In this document: positions 1 to 9,669 of the stretch, one piece after another
How positions within the stretch are numbered: position 1 is the stretch's first letter
Layout of the letters: each line of letters begins with the position of its first letter
DNA from: Psychrobacter sp. HD31
GTDB lineage: Bacteria > Pseudomonadota > Gammaproteobacteria > Pseudomonadales > Moraxellaceae
Direction: 5' to 3'
DNA length: 32,000 bases
Assembly: GCF_051097895.1 (NCBI RefSeq)
Contig: NZ_CP142525.1
Location: forward strand, 570,001 to 602,000
The notes under the pieces: model-generated
What the model was told of the DNA's origin: nothing
The model's database searches: none
What the model saw: only the letters and a program-made list of their open reading frames with translations
Program-made: the position numbers and the translations under genes

Positions 1-1513
1 ACATAATTGCAACAATGATGATGACGTTAATTGCTAATGCGATATTGGCGATAACACCAAACATACGATAAAAGATAATCATAAATATGAATACAGCCAA
101 ATACCCAATTTGAGTTGAGAATAAACCTTTATCAATATTTTCTTGCCCAAGTGACGGACCAATGGTGCGTTCTTCTACAAAGTACATAGGTGCTGCTAAA
201 GCACCAGAGCGTAATAAAAGCGCCAATTCAGAAGCTTCTTCTGCACTGTCTAACCCTGTAATACGAAATGATGAGCCCAGTACAGCCTGAATAGTTGCAC
301 GGTTGATGATTTTAGTTTCGGCATACGGTGTGCGTACTTCTTTAACTTCTCCAGTTGCTGGATCAGTTTCATAAGAAATCTTTTGTTTATTTTCAATAAA
401 CAATACTGCCATTTGCTTACCAACAGAAGCACTGGTTGCATTTTGCATCAGCTTACCACCTGCGGTATCCAAGGTGATGTTAACTTCTGATTGTCCGCTT
501 TCTTGGTCAATACCTGTTTGGGCATTTTGTACTTTATCACCCGTTACAATCGCTTGGCGGTTTAGTAAAACTAAAGGACCATCTAGTGTTTCAAATGGAT
601 AAGCTTCTGTGCCTGCCGGTGGAATGCCTCCAGCAAAACCATCTGCATTATCGGCAACCATTCTAAACTCAAGGTTGGCAGTACGCCCAATAACTCGTTT
701 TGCTTGCGCCGTATCTTGTACACCAGGCAGTTCAATCACAATACGGTTTTCACCCTGTGATTGCACTAACGCTTCAGCAACACCAAGCTCTGCAATACGG
801 TTACGCATGGTGGTTAAGTTTTGACCAACGGCATATTCATTGATTTCATTAAGTGCGAAATCATTATAGTCCATTTTTAAAGCAGCGCCTTGTTCATCTA
901 TAATCGATTGCAAGGTAAATTTGTTACCCATGCTAGACTGCAGTACATTTTTTGCAGTATCACGCGTTGCTGTATCTGTAAAATGGAGCAACAAACCACG
1001 TGCTTCTTGTTTTAAACCGTTGACACTAATGCTTTCGTTACGTAAATTTTGGCGGGCTTCACGAGCAGCGGTTTCTAGCCTTCCTTCCAAGGCCTTATCC
1101 ATATCTACTTCTAAAACAAAGCGTACACCACCACGTAAATCCAGCCCCAGCTTCATCGGTTTAGCACCAATTTTTGCTAGCCATGACGGCGTTGTTTGGG
1201 CAAGGTTTAAAGCAACAACATAGTTGTCTCCGAGTTTTTTGCGTAAAACTTCCTGTGCTTTAAGCTGTTCTTCAGAAGAGTCTAAACGGAGGAGGGCACT
1301 GTTATTTTCTAAGCTAGAATCATGGTACTCTATCCCTGCCGACTCAAGCAAAGATTGAGACTGCTCTAATACACTTTGAGATAATTCTGTACCTGCTGAA
1401 CTGCTGGTAATTTGTACGGCTGGTTCATCAGGGTACAAATTGGGTAGGGCGTATAGTCCTGAAATAGCTAAGACAATAGCGATGACAAAGTATTTCCAAT
1501 TGGCGTAATGCAT
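1..1513 (-). CDS. secD: Protein translocase subunit SecD. The N-terminal ~504 codons are present; the C-terminus runs off the left edge of the window.
   Basis: It is absent from the ORF track because it has no in-window stop. Hand translation of the minus strand from the ATG at 1513..1511 gives MHYANWKYFVIAIVLAISGLYALPNLYPDEPAVQITSS...KPMKLGLDLRGGVRFVLEVDMDKA, a typical SecD N-terminus. The frame is still open at the window edge (...YLAVFIFMIIFYRMFGVIANIALAINVIIIVAIM, a SecD-type TM segment). It lies directly downstream of yajC, as in yajC-secD-secF operons. Confidence 0.9.
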   Translation of the reverse strand, partial: MHYANWKYFVIAIVLAISGLYALPNLYPDEPAVQITSSSAGTELSQSVLEQSQSLLESAGIEYHDSSLENNSALLRLDSSEEQLKAQEVLRKKLGDNYVVALNLAQTTPSWLAKIGAKPMKLGLDLRGGVRFVLEVDMDKALEGRLETAAREARQNLRNESISVNGLKQEARGLLLHFTDTATRDTAKNVLQSSMGNKFTLQSIIDEQGAALKMDYNDFALNEINEYAVGQNLTTMRNRIAELGVAEALVQSQGENRIVIELPGVQDTAQAKRVIGRTANLEFRMVADNADGFAGGIPPAGTEAYPFETLDGPLVLLNRQAIVTGDKVQNAQTGIDQESGQSEVNITLDTAGGKLMQNATSASVGKQMAVLFIENKQKISYETDPATGEVKEVRTPYAETKIINRATIQAVLGSSFRITGLDSAEEASELALLLRSGALAAPMYFVEERTIGPSLGQENIDKGLFSTQIGYLAVFIFMIIFYRMFGVIANIALAINVIIIVAIM

Positions 1514-1627
1514 AATAGTTTCTTAATATAACGGAGAATGAGAGCATACCAACTGCATTAATAACAATTAAATATCCTCTCAGTTTTTAACTTCCCATTT
1601 TTTAATATCCAACCTAGGTTTGATAAA

Positions 1628-1957
1628 TTACAGGCTGTCTAATGTACCATTAGGTAAAACAGAAATAACAGATGCTTTTTGTATCTTAATTTCATTGGTT
1701 GGGTTTAAGCTAACCACGGCGTATTCGCCTTCTACTGATTTAATTTTACCCATTAAACCACCTGCAAAAACCACTTCGCTACCTGCTGCTAGGCTTTCTG
1801 TCATTGCTTTATGTTCTTTTGCACGTTTTTGTTGAGGACGAATTAAGAAAAAGTAAAATACAACCAACATTAAAATCATTGGTAAAAAAGAGATTGCTTG
1901 ACCCATTGGGGTAGTAGCGGCATCTGCTGCATGGGCAGCTTGGATAAATAACATCAT
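1628..1957 (-). CDS. yajC: Preprotein translocase subunit YajC
   Basis: The 109-aa ORF has one TM helix (ISFLPMILMLVVFYFFLIRPQQKRAKEH) and the conserved YajC C-terminal half (GSEVVFAGGLMGKI...IKIQKASVISVLP). It sits immediately upstream of secD. Confidence 0.9.
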   Translation of the reverse strand: MMLFIQAAHAADAATTPMGQAISFLPMILMLVVFYFFLIRPQQKRAKEHKAMTESLAAGSEVVFAGGLMGKIKSVEGEYAVVSLNPTNEIKIQKASVISVLPNGTLDSL

Positions 1958-2248
1958 AATCTAAAAACTCTATAAAAATTAACATTAAAAAGTGTTTGGG
2001 TATCTTTTATATGGATACACAATTAAAAAATTAAACAAGCATACTACCAAAAAAAGTAGCATTTAGTAACAGTTAATCACACAATGAGTCCATTATATTA
2101 TAAATTGCTTATTAATTCTCTTGTAAGTAACCGGTATTATGATTTATGATGAGCTAATTATTTACTCTTATATATTTAAACACTAACCTCATAACCTGTT
2201 TATAACATTTCAAAATTTTTTATTCAAAGAATCATCCAATTAACAAAA

Positions 2249-3421
2249 ATGAAAACAAAACCCTTCCACTTTATTTTTCTTTCTTTATTTTTTGTACCAG
2301 TAACCGCATTTGCAAGTGCGACAGAAGCCACAACCATTAATGTGGTTTTGCTTGTCATTTTTGTTTTAATGGCGGTTGGCGTTTCTTTTGCCTGTTCATT
2401 AGCTGAATCTACTTTACTTAGTATGACACCCTCATACATTGCAGACATTAAAGAGACTGATCCTAAAAAGTCTGAAATGCTAAAAACACTCAAGCAAGAT
2501 AAAGTTGATCAGTCGTTAGCCGCTATTTTAACGCTTAACACGATTGCCAATACCATGGGGTCTATTGGTGCAGGAGCGCAAGCTACTATTGTATTTGGTA
2601 GTGCTTGGTTTGGTGTTTTTTCAGCCGTAATGACATTGGCTATTTTAACACTTTCTGAAATTATCCCTAAAACGCTGGGCACAGTTTACTGGCGACAATT
2701 AAGTAGCTTTGTTGGCTATTTTGTAAGGGCCATTATCATTGTATTGTTCCCTATCATTTGGTTATCAGAACGTTTAACCAAGTTGCTGGTTAAAGATAAA
2801 GAGCTAGACGAGTTTAGCCGTACAGAGTTTGCCGCTTTAGCAAGTGTGGGAGAAGAGTCGGGTCATATTGATCCATTAGAATCTCGTATTATTCGTAACT
2901 TATTGGCATTTGGCGCATTAAAAGTTGAAGACATCATGACGCCACGCTCGGTTATTTTAGCGTTTGAACAAACTGAAACTGTAGCAGAAGTTTTTGCTAA
3001 TCGTCCTAAGCTTAGTTTTTCTCGACTCCCAATTTATGATCAAGAGTTAGATAGTGTGACTGGGTTTGTGTTAAAAACAGACTTGTTGCTTGCCAAAGCA
3101 AATGGTCATTTAAACCAGCCGTTATCACAATATTCTCGTGATATGAATTTTGTTTTTAATAAAATGCGTTTGTTTGACCTGCTTGATTTAATGCTAAAAG
3201 ACAGAATCCATATTAGTTTGGTTGTTGGAGAATATGGTGAAGTAAAAGGATTGGTGACATTAGAAGATGTTTTAGAAACTTTATTAGGTTTAGAAATTGT
3301 TGATGAGATTGATAGAGTAGAAGACATGCAAGAGCTTGCAAAACAGCTAATGGAAAAACGGGTAGAGCGCTTAGGCATGCAAGTACAAGATGCAGAAGAG
3401 GATGAAGAGCATAAAAATTAA
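2249..3421 (+). CDS. CNNM/CorB-type (DUF21 + CBS pair) membrane transporter, of the family usually annotated as hemolysin family protein
   Basis: The 390-aa ORF starts with a signal-like segment (MKTKPFHFIFLSLFFVPVTAFASA). Hydrophobic helices of the DUF21 type follow. Two CBS-like motifs are present (VEDIMTPRSVILAF... and EYGEVKGLVTLEDVLETLLG). The protein ends in an acidic tail, and I could not recognise a CorC_HlyC domain. Confidence 0.75.
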   Translation: MKTKPFHFIFLSLFFVPVTAFASATEATTINVVLLVIFVLMAVGVSFACSLAESTLLSMTPSYIADIKETDPKKSEMLKTLKQDKVDQSLAAILTLNTIANTMGSIGAGAQATIVFGSAWFGVFSAVMTLAILTLSEIIPKTLGTVYWRQLSSFVGYFVRAIIIVLFPIIWLSERLTKLLVKDKELDEFSRTEFAALASVGEESGHIDPLESRIIRNLLAFGALKVEDIMTPRSVILAFEQTETVAEVFANRPKLSFSRLPIYDQELDSVTGFVLKTDLLLAKANGHLNQPLSQYSRDMNFVFNKMRLFDLLDLMLKDRIHISLVVGEYGEVKGLVTLEDVLETLLGLEIVDEIDRVEDMQELAKQLMEKRVERLGMQVQDAEEDEEHKN

Positions 3422-3577
3422 GTATCGGTTAACTTTTTTAAGGCACCTGATAAAAACCAATACAAGCTTTATACACGCCTGTGACATTTTTTTGATATAG
3501 TATGATTAACCAAATAATACTTTATTACGATTTCTTGCCAAATGGCGTTGTGAATAGACAACAAGGATTAAGGTAAA

Positions 3578-4096
3578 ATGAAAAAGTTAACACACACTGC
3601 AAAAAAAATGTTGAGTAGTGGCTTTCTTGCTGGTGCATTAAAAGTAACAACCACGGTGTTACTTGCAGGTACTGCTATTACCTATGTATCAACTGCGCAA
3701 GCCGCAATCGATAAAAACCAAGTTAACCAATATGCGCAAAATATGCGCCAAGCTGCAAATAGCCAAAATATTGGTAGAATCGCAGATTTGGTATCTGATG
3801 ATGCCATTATTTCTTTATCTGGCAATGGCGAAAGAACAAGCTTAGATAAAAATGGATATTTAAAACTGTTGCAGCGTAGTTGGAATAAAACCAGTAATTA
3901 CAAATATAGCATACAGATTTCTAATATTGTTATCATTGATGATGACAAAGCCTCTGCCAAAGTTACTACTAAAGAAAGTTACTTAAAAAATGGTAAGCCT
4001 TTTCAATTTGTAACAAAATCAGATGCAAAATTTTCATTAAGTAATAACAACGTTGTTTTGTTGAGGTCAGTTGCACAAGTGACTAGCAAACAATGA
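3578..4096 (+). CDS. Hypothetical exported protein of 172 aa. The NTF2/SnoaL-like fold is a guess only.
   Basis: A good SD (aaggattaaggt) precedes the ATG. The N-terminus has a signal peptide or anchor ending in AQA-A. No motif I can name is present. Confidence 0.55.
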   Translation: MKKLTHTAKKMLSSGFLAGALKVTTTVLLAGTAITYVSTAQAAIDKNQVNQYAQNMRQAANSQNIGRIADLVSDDAIISLSGNGERTSLDKNGYLKLLQRSWNKTSNYKYSIQISNIVIIDDDKASAKVTTKESYLKNGKPFQFVTKSDAKFSLSNNNVVLLRSVAQVTSKQ

Positions 4097-4118
4097 TTAT
4101 TTGATTTCAATTAAATAA

Positions 4119-4155
4119 AGGGGTATAAATAACTTAAAACTTGTTTATATCCCTT
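4119..4155 (+). terminator. Probable intrinsic terminator after the 172-aa gene
   Basis: A 15-bp stem pairs aaggggtataaataa (4119..4133) with ttgtttatatccctt (4141..4155), including two G-U pairs, around a 7-nt loop. An A/T-rich tail follows, but the T-tract is weak. Confidence 0.45.
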
Positions 4156-4223
4156 ATTAATTATTATGCGGACATGACACCCATATAATTTTAGTTTTTA
4201 AATTTGTAGGATTTACCCTATTT

Positions 4224-7200
4224 ATGATTCAACATTGCTCTCAATACAAAAATAACGACAAAAAAATTGCTTCACAGCTTGTTTTGTTAACGGTATCAGT
4301 TTCGGCAATTATGTTGTCGTCTTGTAGTAGTACAGGCAGTAAAAAGCCCTATAGCAATACAAATAGTGTCGTAAATACTAATTATGAGCAAACAGACTAT
4401 TCTGGCTCTTTGCTTGACGTTGCTAGTATTAATGAGCTTGCTGATTTGCTTGAAGCAAAAAACATGGATATGGTAGAAAATAATCAGGCAGATATCATGC
4501 GTATGGGTAACCTGTGGGATAGGTTACGTTCTGGTTTTCGTTTAGACCATAGCCAATATAACGCCCGCATTGAAGCACAAAAAAATTGGTTTATTACCAG
4601 ACAACAGTATCTTGATAGATTAACTGCTCGAGCAAGCCGTTATTTATATCACACCGTTAGAGAAGCTGAAAGACGTCATATGCCAACAGAATTGGCGCTT
4701 CTACCCGTAATTGAAAGTTCTTATGACCCAAGTGCAACCAGTAATGCTTCAGCAGCAGGTTTATGGCAGTTTATACCCAGTACAGGCAAAATGTATGGAC
4801 TCAGCGTTACCCAAGACTATGATGGCAGACGTGATGTTATTGAATCAACTGGTGCCGCTTATGAGTTTTTAACAGCCTTGTACAACCGTTTTGGAAGTTG
4901 GGAGCTGGCATTAGCAGCCTATAACTGTGGTCCAGGGTGTGTACAACGTGCCATTAATCGTAATGAGTCTCGTGGTTTACCCACTGATTTTTGGTCATTA
5001 AAGCTACCCAAAGAAACTATGAATTATGTCCCTCGTTTTTGGGCAGTCAGTGATATTGTTTCTAATCCAACCAATCATGGTGTTTATTTACCAGCAATTG
5101 CTAACCAACAACATTTTAGAACGGTACCAGTAGCAACCGGCGTAAGTTTATATCAAGTCTCAAAAACTATTGGTATCAGTAGTGATGAACTTCAAAATTT
5201 AAACCCTGGTCTTACCTTTGGGCAAATTGTTAGTCATGCGCCTCAGCGTATTGTGATACCAAACTCGGTAAGCGTTAATGTTGATAAAAAACTCAGTGCA
5301 TTGGGCTCGGGTGCGATTATCAAAAATGAATACCCTAAAGAGACTTATACCGCTTTAAATACGACCTTTCAAAACATATCAAAAAATAATAACATCCAAT
5401 ACAATAGCAAACCTTATGATAAGTCTCGTTTGCCAACAAATGGCAATGAACTTGCCAACTACGCACAAGGCGCATTAATTCATAACTCTGCCAATAATAT
5501 TGTAGTAAATAATAATACCAACCAATATCCAACAGCCGTAAGTAGTGAGCCTCCGTTAACTGCTGCTGAAATATCTCGTATTAATAAAGAGGTTATCAGT
5601 GCAAAAGCCAACACATCTAGCAACACAACTCTAGAAGCTAACAACATACAAAGTAGCCAAAAAACAGTGAGTGTTGCTAAATCATTAGATAAAAAAGAAG
5701 AAATTATCGCCTCTAATAAGGTAACAAGCGAATCAGTTAAACAAGAAGTCATTGAAAAAAGTGTATTACCAGTCAGTAAAGCACCAAAAGACATTAAACT
5801 TGATGAAATTAAAACTCAGCAAGATGTACTTGAAGAAAAAGGCGAAGAAAAGAAACTGAGCTTTGCCACTAAAGATAATAAGTTAGCAAAAGACACTAAG
5901 CCGAAAGGCAAGCGTTCAACCTATACCGTAAAACGTGGTGATACATTGCTAAACATTGCAAATCGAGCTGGAGTAAATTGGCGTGATATCGCTAAGTGGA
6001 ATCAAATGAGTCCTAATGCCACTTTATTGGCTGGTTCTACTTTATATTTATATAATGCAAAACCAATAAAACCTTTAGTCGCAACAAAAACTAATGACAA
6101 GGCTAGCCAAACTAATAAGCAACCACAAACTTATGTTGTAAAACCAGGCGATACGCTTATTGGCACCGCTAATGAGTTAGGGCTGCGTCCTAGCCAACTT
6201 GCCAAATACAACAATATGTCTGTAACAGATGACTTACGTATTGGTCAAAAGCTTTGGTTGGTTGATAATCGGGCTAATACAACCGTTAGCAAAAATGTTT
6301 CTTCATCAAACAACACAACGGCTCAAAAAACTATTAAAACACAAAATTATCAGGTTAAATCTGGTGATGGTCTCATTGCTTTATCACGCCGTTTTAATAC
6401 GCCAGTTAAAACACTTGCTGAGCTCAATGGCATTAAAATCACGGATGATTTGTATGTTGGACAAACCATTAAGTTACCCAAAAATGCAAAAGACTCATTG
6501 GCAAGTAAACCAGCCGAAAAAGCTAGCAAAACTGCAACCAATAAAAAACCAGCAGCCAAAGTTGATGTTGTTTACTATCAGGTTAAAACAGGGGATACAC
6601 TCACGGGTATTGCGGATAAACTTAATACAAAAAGCTCAGTTATTGCGGATTTAAATAACTTTACCACTAATTACCATGTCCAATTAGGGCAGAAGATTAA
6701 AGTACCTGCAAACAGCTTGCCTTTAGAGCCCTCAAACAAAGCATCAATTAGCAAATATAAAGTTAAAGCAGGGGATACTTTATTAGGTGTTGCTAATAGA
6801 CTGCGGATAAAACCTTCTTTACTGGCAACAGCTAATAACTTATCCATCACCAGTGATTTAAAAATTGGACAAGTATTAACCATACCAACGACAGGTAATA
6901 CAGGCTCAAATGGTCAGCGAAACGAGTCTAAATCAAATACTAAGCAAAAAGTGACCGATAATGCCAGCTCTAAGCAAGTTGGTTCTAGTACCGTCATTGC
7001 TACAACTTATCAAGTTAAATCTGGTGATAGTCTTACTAATTTAGCAAAACGATTTAATATGAGTGTTGCCACTTTGGCGAAAGCAAATAACTTGAGCATT
7101 CAATCTCAGGTACAAATTGGTCAAAAGCTTAAGATTCCTGCAACATCAATTAAATACACTGTAAAAAGTGGAGACACTTTAATTGGTTTGGCAAAAAAAC

Positions 7201-7295
7201 AAGGGGTTTCTACTAAGCAACTGGCTCAATTGAATGATATACCAGAAAATACAGAGTTAAAAATTGGTCAACGTATTAAGTTGCCTCTTAAATAA
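4224..7295 (+). CDS. mltD: Membrane-bound lytic murein transglycosylase D-like lipoprotein with an expanded LysM array
   Basis: The 1023-aa ORF has a lipoprotein signal (LVLLTVSVSAIMLSSC, Cys34). The SLT catalytic block is ELALLPVIESSYDPSATSNASAAGLWQFIPSTGKMYGL, with Glu164 at nt 4713..4715. One degenerate LysM follows the SLT domain. A low-complexity N/S/T/K linker comes next. Seven clear LysM repeats (Y-x-V-K-x-GD-[TS]-L...IGQ-x-[IL]-x-[IVL]-P) span about 5922..7292. Confidence 0.85.
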   Translation: MIQHCSQYKNNDKKIASQLVLLTVSVSAIMLSSCSSTGSKKPYSNTNSVVNTNYEQTDYSGSLLDVASINELADLLEAKNMDMVENNQADIMRMGNLWDRLRSGFRLDHSQYNARIEAQKNWFITRQQYLDRLTARASRYLYHTVREAERRHMPTELALLPVIESSYDPSATSNASAAGLWQFIPSTGKMYGLSVTQDYDGRRDVIESTGAAYEFLTALYNRFGSWELALAAYNCGPGCVQRAINRNESRGLPTDFWSLKLPKETMNYVPRFWAVSDIVSNPTNHGVYLPAIANQQHFRTVPVATGVSLYQVSKTIGISSDELQNLNPGLTFGQIVSHAPQRIVIPNSVSVNVDKKLSALGSGAIIKNEYPKETYTALNTTFQNISKNNNIQYNSKPYDKSRLPTNGNELANYAQGALIHNSANNIVVNNNTNQYPTAVSSEPPLTAAEISRINKEVISAKANTSSNTTLEANNIQSSQKTVSVAKSLDKKEEIIASNKVTSESVKQEVIEKSVLPVSKAPKDIKLDEIKTQQDVLEEKGEEKKLSFATKDNKLAKDTKPKGKRSTYTVKRGDTLLNIANRAGVNWRDIAKWNQMSPNATLLAGSTLYLYNAKPIKPLVATKTNDKASQTNKQPQTYVVKPGDTLIGTANELGLRPSQLAKYNNMSVTDDLRIGQKLWLVDNRANTTVSKNVSSSNNTTAQKTIKTQNYQVKSGDGLIALSRRFNTPVKTLAELNGIKITDDLYVGQTIKLPKNAKDSLASKPAEKASKTATNKKPAAKVDVVYYQVKTGDTLTGIADKLNTKSSVIADLNNFTTNYHVQLGQKIKVPANSLPLEPSNKASISKYKVKAGDTLLGVANRLRIKPSLLATANNLSITSDLKIGQVLTIPTTGNTGSNGQRNESKSNTKQKVTDNASSKQVGSSTVIATTYQVKSGDSLTNLAKRFNMSVATLAKANNLSIQSQVQIGQKLKIPATSIKYTVKSGDTLIGLAKKQGVSTKQLAQLNDIPENTELKIGQRIKLPLK

Positions 7296-7321
7296 CAACA
7301 CAACTATTCAGTTGATATTTC

Positions 7322-7349
7322 AAAAAAGCGACATACTTGTCGCTTTTTT
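7322..7349. terminator. Bidirectional Rho-independent terminator between convergent mltD and the Nif3-family gene
   Basis: The sequence is aaaaaa-gcgaca-tact-tgtcgc-tttttt. It has a perfect 6-bp GC-rich stem flanked by an A-run and a T-run. Confidence 0.8.
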
Positions 7350-7374
7350 AATTTACGTTATACATTAATACTCA

Positions 7375-8139
7375 CTAAACAGGATTATTAATATCTACAA
7401 ACTCAACATCAATATCAAGTCGCTGGTTAATAAGCTCACCTAACGCTTTGATACCGCCGATTTCGGTAGCATGATGACCACAAGCAAAATAGTCAACACC
7501 CAGCTCACGTGCTAGATGCGTTGTTCTTTCTGATATTTCTCCAGATATAAAGGCATCACAATTCATTTGTGCTGCTTGTTCTATCATATCTTGTGCAGCC
7601 CCTGTACAAATTGCAATTCTATTTAAACTCTCATTACCTGCATCAATATGTAACGGCTCACGATTTAAAGCCTGTGTAATTGTTTTTATGAGCTTTGTAG
7701 GAGATAAATTTTGCGCGCTATAGATATTACCTATTGGATGTTTTTCTTGAGGATAGAGGGGTTCACTGTTCTCAAGTTGTAACAATTTTGCTAATTGTGC
7801 ATTGTTGCCAATCTCTTGATGGGCATCTAGCGGTAAATGATAAGCAAATAATGAGATACCGTTTTGAAGCAGTTTACGAATACGGTTACCTTTCATACCA
7901 ACGATACATTGGTCTTCACCTTTCCAAAAATAGCCATGATGAACTAAAATGGCATTTGCATTCTTTTTAATTGCTTTGTCAATCAATGCCTCACTCGCGG
8001 TAACGCCCGTTATTATTTTTTTAATGTCGACAGCGGCATCAACCTGCAACCCATTGGGGCAGTAATCTTTAAATTCATTGGCTAATAAATAGTCGTTACA
8101 CCAAGCTTGTAACTGTTGTGGTGATAAGTAATGGCTCAT
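7375..8139 (-). CDS. Nif3-like dinuclear metal centre protein (YbgI / GTP cyclohydrolase 1 type 2 homologue family)
   Basis: The 254-aa ORF carries conserved blocks typical of YbgI/Nif3: DYCPNGLQV, ILVHHGYFWKGE, AYHLPLDAH and ACGHHATE. Confidence 0.85.
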   Translation of the reverse strand: MSHYLSPQQLQAWCNDYLLANEFKDYCPNGLQVDAAVDIKKIITGVTASEALIDKAIKKNANAILVHHGYFWKGEDQCIVGMKGNRIRKLLQNGISLFAYHLPLDAHQEIGNNAQLAKLLQLENSEPLYPQEKHPIGNIYSAQNLSPTKLIKTITQALNREPLHIDAGNESLNRIAICTGAAQDMIEQAAQMNCDAFISGEISERTTHLARELGVDYFACGHHATEIGGIKALGELINQRLDIDVEFVDINNPV

Positions 8140-8298
8140 AGTTTACTCTGTTATGTACGGTTTGTAATGACTCTGCAAGATTTGCGCAGAGTATAGATAC
8201 AAAATTTAAATCAAAACCTTTATCTAGTATTGTACGTTATTGAGATTTAAATGTTAAACTATATGTTATGTATAAAAATGATGATGGACAGGCTTAAT

Positions 8299-9633
8299 AT
8301 GACAAAAAACAATAAAAAAACACGAAGCTTATGGCATTGGATACCTTGTCTTCTATTGGTTGGTATCATTGCATTTTTTGCTTGGTATTACAACAACAGC
8401 CAGCAGCAAAAGCTGACACAATGGACACCACCTGTTGCTAAAGCAGATAGTCAAGAAGAGACAACTGGTCAAAATCAGCCATTAAAAAATAATGTAGTTA
8501 CCTCCTATCATGACGCCGTTGCAGTGGCTGCACAGTCTGTTGTTAACATCTACACCAATCAGCGTGTACTGCAAAACCCTTATATGGATGATCCTGTTTT
8601 ACGCCGCTATTTTGAATTTGAAGGGGGCTTACCACAACAAGAGGAGAACTCAACTAGCCTTGGATCTGGTGTCATTGTGTCAGAGGATGGCTATATTGTC
8701 ACCAATGCCCATGTGATTGAACATGCAGATGAAATTGTGGTTGCTTTAAATGATGGCAGAAAAAGTCGTGCTCAAGTTGTAGGGACAGACCCAGAAAGTG
8801 ATTTAGCAGTTATTCAGGTTGATATGACAGGCTTAAAACCTTTGGTGTTTAGGCAAAAAGCAATGCAAGTAGGAGATGTGGTACTTGCTATTGGTAATCC
8901 ATTTGGCGTAGGGCAAACTGTTACACAGGGTATTATTTCTGCCACTGGAAGAACAGGACTTGGTGTTAATACATTTGAAGACTTTATACAAACGGATGCC
9001 GCAATTAACCCTGGTAACTCTGGTGGTGCACTAGTAGATGCCAGAGGTGAGCTGATTGGTATTAACACGATGATTTTCTCGCAATCTGGTGGCTCTATGG
9101 GCATTGGTTTTGCAATCCCAAACAGTATTGTCGAACAGGTTATGAATGCCTTAATTGAAAAAGGTCATGTTAGTCGTGGTTGGTTGGGCATTGAAATACA
9201 ATCTCAGCTTAAAGATCCAACAGATTTAGAAGCAACCGTTGGGGTAGAGGTATTAAGCGTGGTGGCAAATGGACCGGCAGCTACCAGTGGCTTACAAATT
9301 GGTGATGTGATTGTAAATATTGATGGTAAAAAAATGACAGATGCTAATACCTTAGTGCAGTATGTTGCTCGTAAATTACCAAACTCTGTACTTAATACCC
9401 AAATTTTGCGTAATGGTGATTTGCAGACAATTCAAATCAAACTTGCTGAGCGACCAACCCAAAATGAGTTGTTAAGTCATGCACAAGACAATAGCCCCAA
9501 TGAACCTGAAAATAGCGATAATAGCATAGATGAGCAGGCTCAAAGTATGGCGAACATGTCTGAAGAAGAACGAGCGCAATTAAAACGCGAACTGTTAGAA
9601 TTATTAGAGCTAGAAAACCGCTCTAATAATTAA
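8299..9633 (+). CDS. DegS/AlgW-like S1C serine endoprotease with an N-terminal membrane anchor and a single PDZ domain
   Basis: The catalytic triad motifs are TNAHV, DLAVIQV and GNSGGAL. One PDZ domain is present (GWLGIEIQ...GLQIGDVIVNIDGKKM). The TM anchor is IPCLLLVGIIAFFAWYY. The ORF opens at 8251, but I prefer the ATG at 8299 (MTKNNKKTRS), which is preceded by ggacagg. The start choice is uncertain. Confidence 0.85.
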   Translation: MTKNNKKTRSLWHWIPCLLLVGIIAFFAWYYNNSQQQKLTQWTPPVAKADSQEETTGQNQPLKNNVVTSYHDAVAVAAQSVVNIYTNQRVLQNPYMDDPVLRRYFEFEGGLPQQEENSTSLGSGVIVSEDGYIVTNAHVIEHADEIVVALNDGRKSRAQVVGTDPESDLAVIQVDMTGLKPLVFRQKAMQVGDVVLAIGNPFGVGQTVTQGIISATGRTGLGVNTFEDFIQTDAAINPGNSGGALVDARGELIGINTMIFSQSGGSMGIGFAIPNSIVEQVMNALIEKGHVSRGWLGIEIQSQLKDPTDLEATVGVEVLSVVANGPAATSGLQIGDVIVNIDGKKMTDANTLVQYVARKLPNSVLNTQILRNGDLQTIQIKLAERPTQNELLSHAQDNSPNEPENSDNSIDEQAQSMANMSEEERAQLKRELLELLELENRSNN

Positions 9634-9669
9634 TCCTATGTTTTTATCGCTTTTTAATCTTTAGATTGG

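Noticed and set aside
6229-6654. A 141-aa alternative-frame ORF inside mltD, plus the antisense ORFs at 5335..5794, 6350..6559 and 6671..6883.
   Set aside because: They lie entirely within the well-supported LysM-encoding frame. They have no start context or motifs, and they are typical products of repetitive, compositionally biased coding sequence.
8170-8192. A 7-bp inverted repeat, actctgc-(9 nt)-gcagagt, in the Nif3/DegS-like divergent intergenic region.
   Set aside because: The stem is short with a large loop, it has no T-tract, and it is a single occurrence. It could be an operator, but the evidence is too thin to call.
8251-8298. An upstream in-frame extension of the DegS-like ORF (MLNYMLCIKMMMDRLN).
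   Set aside because: Its composition is AT-rich and promoter-like. The protein makes sense starting at MTKNNKK with its basic n-region and TM anchor. The start remains uncertain.
9604-9626. A 7-bp hairpin, ttagagc-(9 nt)-gctctaa, at the 3' end of the DegS-like CDS, considered as a terminator for the convergent pair.
   Set aside because: It overlaps the coding sequence, and the nearest T-run is about 14 nt away on either strand. I did not list it as a feature.
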